From an uncultured Lentisphaerales bacterium (GTDB lineage: Bacteria > Verrucomicrobiota > Lentisphaeria > JABSQK01 > UBA12247), in the NCBI GenBank assembly GCA_943788985.1, contig CALSSJ010000013.1:1-64000 (forward strand): a stretch of 64,000 nt of DNA, written 5' to 3'. Below are positions 44,166 through 53,524 of this stretch, piece after piece. Position numbers and translations under genes: made by a program. The first letter of the stretch is position 1. Each line of letters opens with the position of its first letter. The notes under the pieces were generated by a model. That model saw only the letters and a list, made by a program, of their open reading frames with translations. It was not told the origin of the DNA and did not search any database.

Positions 44166-45418
44166 TCCCATATGTCGTCGGACTCAACCATGAGCATGCA
44201 GGTGTTGAAGTCCGTGAGAAGCTTGCGTTTTCGGACAGCAAAAAGACCTCGGTCGGACGCGAAATTCGTGCTGCGATCGGCGAGGTGGTGGTCGTTTGTA
44301 CCTGCAACCGCACGGAAATATTTGGCCTTGCCGTCGACGCTGGTGGGGTGAATAGGGCAGGGCAGTTGTTGGGCCAAGCTGCCGATTTTTCTGACGAGAT
44401 GCGCGCGAACATGTTTTACACGCACACTGGCGACGCAGCACTCGAGCACGTCTATCGGGTAGCAGCGGGCCTCGAGTCAATGGTGATCGGAGAGCCTCAG
44501 ATTCTGGGACAGATCAAGGATGCGTTTACGCATGCCGAGGAAGTCAAAATTAGCGCTGATGTCATGGGCAAAATCCAGCAGCATTTACTGGAGACCGTGA
44601 AGCGGGCGCGCCATGAGTCGCGCGTGGGCTTCGGCCAGGTTTCAATCAGCACACTCGCTGTACAACTGGCACGTGACATCTTCGAGTGCCTCGCGGACAA
44701 GACCATTACCTTGGTCGGCGCGGGTGAGATGGCTGAACTCGCCGCCCAGCATTTCGCGGCGGCTGGCGGGCGTATCGTCGTCGTCAACAGAAGTGAGGAG
44801 CGAGGCCAAGCGCTGGCGGGCCGATTTAACGGGTCGTATCGACCATGGGAATCTCTAGGCGCGAGCCTGAGCCAGGCCGATGTGGTGGTTTGTTCAACGG
44901 CAAGCGAGGAGCCGGTTTTGACCCGAGAGCTCGTCGCCGGTGCTATGCGCCGACGGAAGACGCCGCTTTTCGTCATCGACATTGCCATCCCCCGTGATGT
45001 GGCGGCAGACGTCAGCGATCTGCGCGAAGTCTATGTCTATAATCTGGATGACCTACAGAAGTTGATCGCAGAAAACCAGCAGCGGCGACAGGAGTGCGCC
45101 GCGATTGCCTCGCGAATCATCCGTGAGGCGCTAGCCAAGGGTTCACCGCTTGCTTCTGACATCGTCGGGCCGGTCATCTCGTCGCTCCGCTCGCGGGTGA
45201 GCAGCGTCAGCGATGGAGAGCTTGCGCGCCTGTTTCAGAAGCATCCGGATTGGAACGAGCGCGAACGTGAGGCCGTCCGGCAAGCTGTGACCAGAATCAC
45301 AAACAAGGTGCTTCATGATCCGATCATCGCGCTGCGAAGTGATTCATCAGGCGAAAGCCATCAGCGATCGACGTTGCTGGTGAACTTTAAGCGGTTCTTC
45401 AATTTGGACGACGGCTAG
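44162..45418 (+). CDS. hemA: Glutamyl-tRNA reductase
   Basis: TCNRTE, GLESMVIGEPQILGQ, GAGEMA, DIAIPRD. Confidence 0.96.
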   Translation: MIPYVVGLNHEHAGVEVREKLAFSDSKKTSVGREIRAAIGEVVVVCTCNRTEIFGLAVDAGGVNRAGQLLGQAADFSDEMRANMFYTHTGDAALEHVYRVAAGLESMVIGEPQILGQIKDAFTHAEEVKISADVMGKIQQHLLETVKRARHESRVGFGQVSISTLAVQLARDIFECLADKTITLVGAGEMAELAAQHFAAAGGRIVVVNRSEERGQALAGRFNGSYRPWESLGASLSQADVVVCSTASEEPVLTRELVAGAMRRRKTPLFVIDIAIPRDVAADVSDLREVYVYNLDDLQKLIAENQQRRQECAAIASRIIREALAKGSPLASDIVGPVISSLRSRVSSVSDGELARLFQKHPDWNEREREAVRQAVTRITNKVLHDPIIALRSDSSGESHQRSTLLVNFKRFFNLDDG

Positions 45419-45647
45419 CAGAAGCCGCTGGTCATGGCAGCAGATCCTGGGCTTGGTCCGCGAGTTGCGAATTCCTCGAGGATGCGCCGGCTCCGCAGAA
45501 CGAAGCTATTCTGCGCCAATCGGGAAACTGCCGCTGGTTCTCGACAGGTTATCAACAGTCGATGTTTGCAGACTTGTCAACAGGCAGCTTAAGTTCCATC
45601 ATATCAATGACTTAGGTTGATTAAATGAACTCCATCGCCGAACCTCA

Positions 45648-45675
45648 ATTAAACATAACATATATTATGCGACGT
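45648..45675 (-). other. Chromosomal dif site (XerC/XerD)
   Basis: Minus strand ACGTCGCATAA-TATATG-TTATGTTTAAT vs E. coli dif GGTGCGCATAA-TGTATA-TTATGTTAAAT; intergenic; KOPS orientation switches here. Confidence 0.85.
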
Positions 45676-45832
45676 AGCAATGAGAACCCGCTAGGCGTCT
45701 TGGGCTACTCGCTTTTCATTTTCACGGTCCTAAGGTGTCCAGACGTTCTAAACCTGACCTTGGAGATTCGCGCTGTAAGAATCCACGGGCTCCGGTTTAG
45801 TGTTCAGCAGTTCATCAGCAAGGGATTTTGTC

Positions 45833-46654
45833 ATGAGTAAGTTGCGTCTTAATCTGTTGCTCCTTGGCTGGCTGGTAAGCCTGTGGGCAACGTCTGCCCA
45901 GGAATCAATCCGCTATAGCGTGCTTTACTATCCGTACGACGTGTCGCAGGAGCGAGCGATTGCGCGGCCGCATCCTGATTATTCGGGGTGGCCCGACACT
46001 CGCATGACCCGCGATATCGAGCGCATTGCCAGATCAGGGATTCAAGAGATTATCGTCTTCTACCAGCCAGATGAAGTGCGCGACAAGGAGCGCCTGTCGC
46101 GGCTGCGACGCTTTCACGAGCTTGCCTCCGTACAAAAGGGCCTGCTCGTGCAAGTGGTCGTGAATTGCGCAGGGATTCCTTTGGCTGGGTATGAGAGCTT
46201 TCTCAATCGCTTGGCGGCTCTAAATCTGCAAGGTTTTAGCAGTACAGCCCAGCAGCAACGCAAGCCTGTCCTGATGCTGCGTGATGCCGGCCATCTGAAA
46301 CTGGTTAGTCACCCGGCACTCAGAATGGAGACCTATCCTTGGACTCGTGCCTTTGAGTCGAAGCGAGTGGCAGGCGCGCTGGTCAGCGGAGAGCACAACG
46401 ACGGCGGGATCGTGATCCCGGTGGCACGCATTGACACCGAGCAATGGGCACAAGGCAAGGAAGTGTGGCTGATCAAACGCCGCCGCGCGCGGGCGCTGAT
46501 CCGCAGCCTGAAGGGAGCCCAGGAACTGGGCTTCACACGCGTGATCCTGGACAGCTGGAACAACTACCGGACGGGGAGCTTTCTCGAGCCCAATCTGCTC
46601 GATGGGGACACCGTCCTACAGGCGCTGCGGAAGCATCTTGGCCTTGAGGAATAG
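45833..46654 (+). CDS. Secreted protein, remote GH99/GH71-like TIM barrel
   Basis: Signal peptide; C-terminal ILDSWNNYRTGSFLEP resembles the SWNEWxEGTxIEP motif. Confidence 0.55.
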   Translation: MSKLRLNLLLLGWLVSLWATSAQESIRYSVLYYPYDVSQERAIARPHPDYSGWPDTRMTRDIERIARSGIQEIIVFYQPDEVRDKERLSRLRRFHELASVQKGLLVQVVVNCAGIPLAGYESFLNRLAALNLQGFSSTAQQQRKPVLMLRDAGHLKLVSHPALRMETYPWTRAFESKRVAGALVSGEHNDGGIVIPVARIDTEQWAQGKEVWLIKRRRARALIRSLKGAQELGFTRVILDSWNNYRTGSFLEPNLLDGDTVLQALRKHLGLEE

Positions 46655-46669
46655 GCTCCCTCCCCTACC

Positions 46670-48508
46670 GTGAGTGTCATTCGCATACTGCCGGAAGAGG
46701 TCAGCAACCGCATTGCTGCGGGGGAAGTCGTGGAGCGACCAGCCTCGGTCGTCAAGGAGCTCGCAGAAAATGCCCTTGATGCCGGTGCCGGCCGCATCGC
46801 GATCCAGATCCAACGAGGTGGCCGGAGCCTGATCCGTGTGATCGACAACGGCTGCGGCATGGATGCGGAAGACGCCCAGCTATGCCTGGAGGCGCATGCT
46901 ACCAGCAAACTCAAAACGGCGGATGATATCTCGCAGATCGCGACGATGGGGTTTCGCGGAGAGGCCATTCCCAGTATTGCCTCGGTCAGCCGATTCGCAC
47001 TGCAGACACGCACGGTGAGCAACGATGTGGGGGTGGAACTCTCTGTAGCTGGTGGCGTACTGGAGGACTTGGTGGATTGCGGTTGCGCCCCGGGGACTTC
47101 TGTGACCGTGCGGAATTTGTTCTACAATGTACCAGCGCGCCAGAAGTTTCTACGGGCGATTCGCACCGAGGAAACCCACATCGAAGCCCTAGTAGTGATG
47201 CTGGCGCTTTCACATCCTGACGTGGCTTTTCAACTGACGTTCGATGGCCGCGTGATTATCGATGTGCATAAGAACACCGATCTGGCTACGCGCGTGCACC
47301 TGCTGCTGGGACGAGACCTCTCGGACGTCTTGCTCCCGGTGGACTTTCAGGAACTTGCCGTCCGGGTGCATGGCTTTGTGGCCCGACCTGGGTTAACCCG
47401 GAGCTCTCGGAAGGAGCAGCGCACGTTTGTGAATGGCCGGCCAGTTGAGGCCCGGGCCATCTATGCGGGTATCCGAGATGCGTACCACACTCTCGTCACC
47501 AAGGGGCGCTATCCGCCGGTCGTTCTGTTCGTCGAGCTCCCGCCTGAGCAGGTTGATATCAACGTGCATCCGGCTAAGCGCGAGGTTCGTTTTTTCAACG
47601 ATCGCATCGTGACGCAGACGGTTTGCACTGGAGTTCAACGCTCACTTCGGGCTCTGGTCACCACCCCTGACTTCTTACCCGGACCTGCGGTGCAGGCACC
47701 GCAGGCTGCCACGAGTTCCCCTCCCGAGGCTGCTCCCGCTGCGGCAGGAGCTCTGGGAGTTTCGCCCCCCGGCCCGACAGCACCGCAACCGAGGGCACCA
47801 GTCACAGTTCCCCTTCCGCGAATCCCCTCCCCTGCGCCACACCAACCAGACCTACCCCGCCCGCCGGCATCATCCCGGTCGGCGACTGCTCTGCCGGTAG
47901 GCCCGCAGCCGGGTAGTGCCGCTAGTGGAGAGCTCAAGGCGCTCACAACGGTAGGGCGTCTGGGACGGTCGCTGGTTCTGGCTGAAGGCAAGGATGGTCT
48001 GGTCGTGCTCGATGTCCGTGCTGCCCATGAACGCATCGTCTTTGAGCGCATGCTCGAAGGCTTGGGAGAGGCCCAGGCACCATCCCAGGGACTGCTTATC
48101 CCTTTGACCATAGATCTGACGCCAGCTGACTCGCGGACACTGGGACGTAACATGCAAGAATTGGAACGCCTGGGGTTTGCCATCGAGGAAATCAGCGGCA
48201 ATAGTTTTCTGGTTTCCGCGGTGCCAACCTTGTTTCCCAATGAGAATTTGCATGGCATGCTGCGCGAAATCCTGGATGAATTGGCGGAAGAATCAGCCAA
48301 GCGGAAACGCGGAGATGAACGGCGCGTGGCGCGCATTGCCTGTCGAGCAGCAGCCGGTGCCCGGGGGGATTTCAGCGATGAGGAAGTGCAGGTGCTGATG
48401 GCCGATTTGCTCAAAACCCAGATGCCCTACACGTGCCCAGCTGGACGTCCTACCATGATCAGTATATCAAATCGAGAGTTGGAGCGTAGATTTGGACGTC
48501 AGCTATGA
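46670..48508 (+). CDS. mutL: DNA mismatch repair protein MutL
   Basis: IAAGEVVERPASVVKEL.ENALDA, GFRGEA, DINVHPAKREV, Pro-rich linker, C-terminal domain. Confidence 0.96.
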   Translation: MSVIRILPEEVSNRIAAGEVVERPASVVKELAENALDAGAGRIAIQIQRGGRSLIRVIDNGCGMDAEDAQLCLEAHATSKLKTADDISQIATMGFRGEAIPSIASVSRFALQTRTVSNDVGVELSVAGGVLEDLVDCGCAPGTSVTVRNLFYNVPARQKFLRAIRTEETHIEALVVMLALSHPDVAFQLTFDGRVIIDVHKNTDLATRVHLLLGRDLSDVLLPVDFQELAVRVHGFVARPGLTRSSRKEQRTFVNGRPVEARAIYAGIRDAYHTLVTKGRYPPVVLFVELPPEQVDINVHPAKREVRFFNDRIVTQTVCTGVQRSLRALVTTPDFLPGPAVQAPQAATSSPPEAAPAAAGALGVSPPGPTAPQPRAPVTVPLPRIPSPAPHQPDLPRPPASSRSATALPVGPQPGSAASGELKALTTVGRLGRSLVLAEGKDGLVVLDVRAAHERIVFERMLEGLGEAQAPSQGLLIPLTIDLTPADSRTLGRNMQELERLGFAIEEISGNSFLVSAVPTLFPNENLHGMLREILDELAEESAKRKRGDERRVARIACRAAAGARGDFSDEEVQVLMADLLKTQMPYTCPAGRPTMISISNRELERRFGRQL

Positions 48509-48527
48509 AGCCGCCCCGGTGTCAACG

Positions 48528-48896
48528 ATGAGTGTTCGTCTTCTTCCGTTTCTTGTCATTAGCGTGCTGCTTTTTGGCTGTCTGCATGTCGAGCCCCGGT
48601 CGCCCGGTGATCTTCTGCACCATGTCGTTCTCTGCTGGCTTCATGACAGTGGAAATTCAGCGCAACAGGCCGCTATTATTGAGACTTCGCGCACCTTTTC
48701 CCAGATCCCTGGCGTGGTCTCGGTGACTGCTGGTGAGATGGTTCCCAGCTCACGTGCGCTGGTCGATAGCAGCTTCGATGTCGGGATTTGCCTGACGTTC
48801 AGGAACCAGGCAGACCTCGATACCTGTCTGACGCATCCGCTGCACCTGGCTGCGGTTAAGACCGTGCTTAGGCCCATCGTGTCGAAACGTGTATGA
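48528..48896 (+). CDS. Dabb family (stress-responsive A/B barrel) lipoprotein; C-terminus probably frameshifted
   Basis: LFGC lipobox, HHVVLCWL, IPGV, VDSSFDVG, HPLH; the expected VYDF end lies out of frame at about 48890-48901. Confidence 0.8.
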   Translation: MSVRLLPFLVISVLLFGCLHVEPRSPGDLLHHVVLCWLHDSGNSAQQAAIIETSRTFSQIPGVVSVTAGEMVPSSRALVDSSFDVGICLTFRNQADLDTCLTHPLHLAAVKTVLRPIVSKRV

Positions 48897-51129
48897 TTTT
48901 GGCGGAAAGTGATACAGATTCGCGGCAGCCGTGGGTGCCAGCTCAGCGGTACCTGATCGGCAGAGTCATCGCTAAAGACGATATCTGGGGCCTGTATGAG
49001 GCCGAGGAGACTCCCTCCGGGCGCACCGTGGTGGTCAAAGTCTGCCACTCTAAAAACGAAGCCCACATTGAACGCTTTCGCACGAAGCAGAATACGATCG
49101 CGCTGCTTGATCATCCCGGTGTCGCCCCGATCCATTCAACAGGCATTTCACCAGAGGGCGAGCCCTTCTATGCCACGAAGTTTCTCGACGGCATGAGCAT
49201 GCGGCGGGTTCTTGCCGATTTGCGCAATGGCCAGCAAAGTGCCATCAATGGCTACCCGCTCGTCCATCTCATCGAGGCTTTCCTCAAGGCCTGCGCTACA
49301 ATTCAGCATGCCCACACCCATGAGATTGTGCATGGCGCGCTGGACAGCCATCGCCTGCTACTGGGGCCGTGCGGTGAACTGACAGTCACTGGCTGGGGAC
49401 GAGCCGAACCTGACGCGGCCAAGACCGACGATATCCAGGCCCTTGGCAAGATTCTTTACGGGATCGTGACCCTCCAAGAGTATGTCGATGATTTCACCGC
49501 GCGCGGGATGATTCAGAATGTCGTCAGCGGCAGAATTCTCGGGCCAGCCTGCCACAACCAGCAGCTTCCGATAGCCGTGACCGTCGTCATCAGCGCCTCA
49601 CTGGGACTGGACCAGACGTACCGCTACTCTGACGTCGCGAGGTTGATCGAGGACATCGGAGGCTTCGTCGAGGGCAACGCCGATAGCGCCTTTACTCAAT
49701 CCGTATCCCATCCAGCGGAAGTAGATGCCCCCGAGACCTCCTATTGGCAGCTGGTCTGCGCCTGCGTCATCCTCATTCTTCTGGCTGCCATTGCCCAGCA
49801 GACCTATGTCCGGCACCAGGCCACGGCAAAGCTACATGAGTTTCAATCAGCCGTAGAGCAGGTTGCAGCGGAGCGTACTGAGAACGCGCCGAAGTTCCTC
49901 CAGAAGGCCGAGGAAGCGATCGTTCTGGGAGAGCTGGACCAGGCCTTGGTACAGCTTCGTGCGGCGCTCGATTACTCACCGAGTATGTCAGAGGCGCATC
50001 TACTCCTGGCCCAGATTGAAGCCGCTCGTCAGAACTTCCCCGGTGCCACGTCCGCCATTGAAAGCTGCCTACAAGTCGAGCCCGGTAACGCCGCGGCAGC
50101 GGCGCTCCGAGACAGCGTGCAGGCTCTCATTGCGACCGACACCGGCCAGCCATCTGCCGATCACCTTGAGCGCCTTGCAGCGCTGCTGGAAGCCCAAGAC
50201 CAGGAACTTCTAGCCCGACACTTCACGAAAGATATTTACGAGAAGCGCGAACGGGCCTTCGCCACCTTTCGCGCGGCCCATTCTGAGTACGCCGCACGGC
50301 TCACCGTCACCCAGCCTTCGGATCGCGCGACGCTGGATTTGTCCGGCACGCCCATTGAAGATCTCGCCATACTCCGGGACCTGCCGCTTTGGCAGCTGAT
50401 TCTCGACCATTCCAATGTCACCGATCTCACCCCCCTGCAGACCTTAAATCTCCACACCCTGTCACTGCGTGGCTCCAAAGTCACCGATCTGTCGCCTCTC
50501 GCTGGCATACCGCTGCGTAAGCTCACCGCAGCCGAGACCAAAGTCTCCAATATTCAGGCGTTGCGGAGTTCGCAAATCACGGACCTCAACCTGGCGGACA
50601 CGCGGGGTGCGAGACCTATCCCCCGCTGGAAGGACTCGAGCTGCAGATGCTTGTCTTGACCGGCGCGCCCGTCTCAGACCTGCGCCCCCTCGCAAACATC
50701 AAGCTACAGTTTCTGAATCTGGGTGACACCAGCGTCGTCGACCTGCGGCCGCTTGCTGGGATGCCCTTGGAGTTTCTGCGGACCTCATCCTTCGTCAAAG
50801 ACCTCTCGCCGCTGCGAGCGCTTCCGCTCAAGCAATTGAACATCAGCGGTGCGAAGATCGCAGATCTGAGCCCACTCCGAGACATGAGGCTGAACGCGCT
50901 AGTCGCAAACTACACCAATGTTGCGGACCTGAACCCGCTGCGCAATCACCCACTCCACTTGCTCCGCATCGAAGGCTCGAAAGTAACCGACCTGACGCCT
51001 ATTTTGAATCTTCCGCTGCAGACTCTGGTGTTTGAACCGGAACGGATCAAAGTGGGGCTTCAGGAAATCCGCGCTAAGAAGTCGCTGCGCCGTCTGGGCT
51101 GGAGTCAGCCTCTTGTTTTCGGCAGCTGA
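48893..51129 (+). CDS. Degenerate Ser/Thr kinase, TM, TPR and internalin-type LRR protein; two +1 frameshifts
   Basis: Kinase-like LDHPGVAPIH; TM about aa 285-302; TPRs; repeated xxDLxPL LRRs; removing one base each from G4 (50604-50607) and C5 (50620-50624) gives DTRVRDLSPLEGLELQML and joins both ORFs. Confidence 0.82.
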
Positions 51130-51180
51130 GTTTTGGGAAGCGTTTGATCAAGGCCGTCGTATTGAGGAGGCACACCGCTA

Positions 51181-52077
51181 GTGACGAAAGAGTCCCTATT
51201 GGACCCGAAGGTATTGAGCCGTGTCAGCAATTATCCGTTGTTGGCCCGCACCACCGTGGAGGGCTTTATATCTGGCCTCCACCGCAGCCTTTATCATGGC
51301 TTTGGCAGTGAGTTTGTGCAGTATCGCCACTACATGCGTGGCGATGATCTCAAGTACTTAGATTGGAAAGTCCTGGCTCGTCAGGATAAGCTGCAGATCA
51401 AGGTCTTCCAAGAAGAGACCAACACCAACTGCTACGTGGTGCTGGACTGCAGCGCCTCCATGGCCTATGCCGGAGAGTCTGGGATCAGCAAGCTCCACTA
51501 TGGCTCAACGGTTGCGGCCGCCCTTGCCTACTTGGTGACTCGGCAGGGGGACAACATCGGCATGAGCGCCTATAGCGAGCAACTTCTGACTAGCATTCCG
51601 CCAGGGCACCGAAGCGGACAGTTCAACACCATCTGCGAAGAACTGGCCCGGCTCAAAGCGGCAGGAGCCTGTCAACACGCTGGCACCTTCGACCGTCTCG
51701 GCGAGAGCTTCTCCAGGCGTGGCCTTATCGTCCTCATCGGGGACTTCCTCGACCCCGATCCAGCCCTGCGCCAAGGAATCAGCCGGCTTCGCTTCAGTAA
51801 TCATGACTGCGTGCTGATCCAGATTTTACACGAGGACGAAGTAAACTTCTCATTCGACAAGACCATCCATTTTGTCGACAGCGAGACTCAGGAGGAGCTT
51901 ATCACTGCTCCGGAAGTGGTGCGCAAGCAATATCAGGAGGGCCTCCAGGCCGACCTTGACGACCTGCGCCGGTTCTGCCTCGCAAACGAGATCGACCACG
52001 TGCGCCTGCACACTGGCGAGCCTCTCGATGCCGCCTTGGCGACCTACCTCCATCGCCGAGAGCAGCACCGCAAATAG
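51181..52077 (+). CDS. DUF58 domain protein (vWA-like)
   Basis: GLHRS..G.GSEF.QYRHY..GDDLKYLDWK, LDCSASM. Confidence 0.92.
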   Translation: MTKESLLDPKVLSRVSNYPLLARTTVEGFISGLHRSLYHGFGSEFVQYRHYMRGDDLKYLDWKVLARQDKLQIKVFQEETNTNCYVVLDCSASMAYAGESGISKLHYGSTVAAALAYLVTRQGDNIGMSAYSEQLLTSIPPGHRSGQFNTICEELARLKAAGACQHAGTFDRLGESFSRRGLIVLIGDFLDPDPALRQGISRLRFSNHDCVLIQILHEDEVNFSFDKTIHFVDSETQEELITAPEVVRKQYQEGLQADLDDLRRFCLANEIDHVRLHTGEPLDAALATYLHRREQHRK

Positions 52078-52189
52078 TCCCCTGCCCTGCGACTCTGGAC
52101 TGGCGATGCAGCCCGCCGGGGTTCACAGTCGCCGGATCAAGCTCGCCTTCAAAAAATAGCTCATCCGCAGGCCCCGTAGCACCGCAGTT

Positions 52190-52515
52190 CATAGAGCTTT
52201 GCGATCTCCGCACCGTAAACGAAATCCGTCCTCGGCCTTGGTCAGGACCATATAGGATTTCCAAGTCTGGATCGCAAACATTTGCGGACCGTGCGCCTGT
52301 AGCACGTAACAACCGTCAAGATTTGCAGCTGCGCTGAGGTCGTGATCGAGTTGCTCCCAAAGAAGCTGACCATCGCAATGCTCAATGCTGTAGTAACGCG
52401 CGCCCCGGCTGTGCCGCTCACGGAGGCGGCCAATGGCTTGCTCGATCTTCTCAGGATCCTTTAGTTTTCCCTCGCTGATTCGCTTGGCCAGCTTCTCCAG
52501 GCCGTCCTTCCTGCG
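52190..52515 (-). mobile_element. IS1634-like transposase internal fragment
   Basis: LEKLAKRISEGKLKDPEKIEQAIGRLRERHSRGARYY..DGCYVL..WKSYMVLTKAEDGFR. Confidence 0.7.
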
Positions 52516-52519
52516 TACG

Positions 52520-52930
52520 CCTACATGCGAGAGGAGTGGCAGTGCACCTACTTCAAGCTCGACGCCAATAGGTGGAGTGCCCTGCCCTTCGGTTGGATGA
52601 TGGATCTCAATGCCACGCAGGTCGATGCCTATCGCGCTGGCAGGCATGCAGTCATCGACGGCGCAGGCCCGGACACCTTTATCCTCGACTGCAATGCGCC
52701 AATGTGGCCCTCCGTCTGGCATCGCGGCACAGTTCGAGGATCACACATTTTGCCTGGGGCGCATCGTTCGCCCTGATGGCGAGATCCTCTGCCTGTTCAA
52801 CCGGGACGACACGCCGCGCCAGGCCGAACTTCCCGCTGGCACCTGGACCGACTTTTGGACCGATGCGCCAGTCACAGGCCCACTGGACCTGCCCGCTCAC
52901 AGCGCCCGCGTGCTCCGCAGTCCTACCTAA
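52520..52930 (+). pseudogene. Alpha-galactosidase (GH36-like) remnant
   Basis: CTYFKLDAN, AYRAG, FILDCNAPMWPS, then LCLFNRDD..WTDFWT..LPAHSARVL; internal deletions and frameshifts. Confidence 0.65.
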
Positions 52931-53008
52931 GACTGGCAGAAATGCCCCGGTGATGTTGCTCCGTCACTAAGTCATCAAGTTCCCCCTGAAACGAGCAGTA
53001 GTCATGGG

Positions 53009-53218
53009 CTAATAATGCGGAGGACGCTCGTCTTCCGGCCGACGGGGTCCAGACGAGGCCTCTTGGACATCCGAGATGGAGTCAGTTAACTGCTCAACCA
53101 TCTTCTCCAAGCGATCAATTTGGCCCTGCTGTCGGGTCACGACCTCATTGAGATCATCCAGCATCTGCTCTTGGTAGCCAAGTTTCACCTCAAGGTCCAC
53201 GACACGTGCATCATCCAT
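53009..53218 (-). CDS. slyX: SlyX family protein
   Basis: LEVKLGYQE..LDDLNEVVTRQQ..ERPPHY. Confidence 0.93.
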   Translation of the reverse strand: MDDARVVDLEVKLGYQEQMLDDLNEVVTRQQGQIDRLEKMVEQLTDSISDVQEASSGPRRPEDERPPHY

Positions 53219-53314
53219 TCCAACCACCCTTCATCGATTCAATTCCTGCGCGGTCAATCAGCGTCATCCAGTCTTCGCCGAACGCATGGTGCTCCTGCTT
53301 GGCAAGCAAGCTAA

Positions 53315-53360
53315 GGGCCCGCGCGGGAATACCTTCACATCTTGCTTCTGAGCATTTTGG
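53315..53360 (+). mobile_element. Isolated degenerate end of the MITE family
   Basis: TAA|GGGCCCGCGCGGgaataccttcacatcttgcttctg resembles the MITE right end read inward. Confidence 0.55.
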
Positions 53361-53406
53361 CTTCTTTGCCCCGTTTGATTCAGTGCCCAGACCAGACAAC
53401 GGGGGC

Positions 53407-53434
53407 TTGCAGATCTGGGGGGGGGGGGTATACT
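53407..53434 (+). promoter_or_regulatory. Putative promoter with G12 tract in the spacer
   Basis: TTGCAG-atct-G12-TATACT, about 90 bp upstream of ATG 53525. Confidence 0.55.
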
Positions 53435-53524
53435 CATTCCTGAATAATTGCATAAGCCCGGCTGTGTCGCTGGGCGGATATCAGAATGCGATTACCCCAC
53501 TTTTTTATCTTAGGGAATGTCCAC

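Noticed and set aside
45420..45830. oriC
   Set aside because: Only two imperfect DnaA-like boxes; the dif match and converging KOPS favour the terminus.
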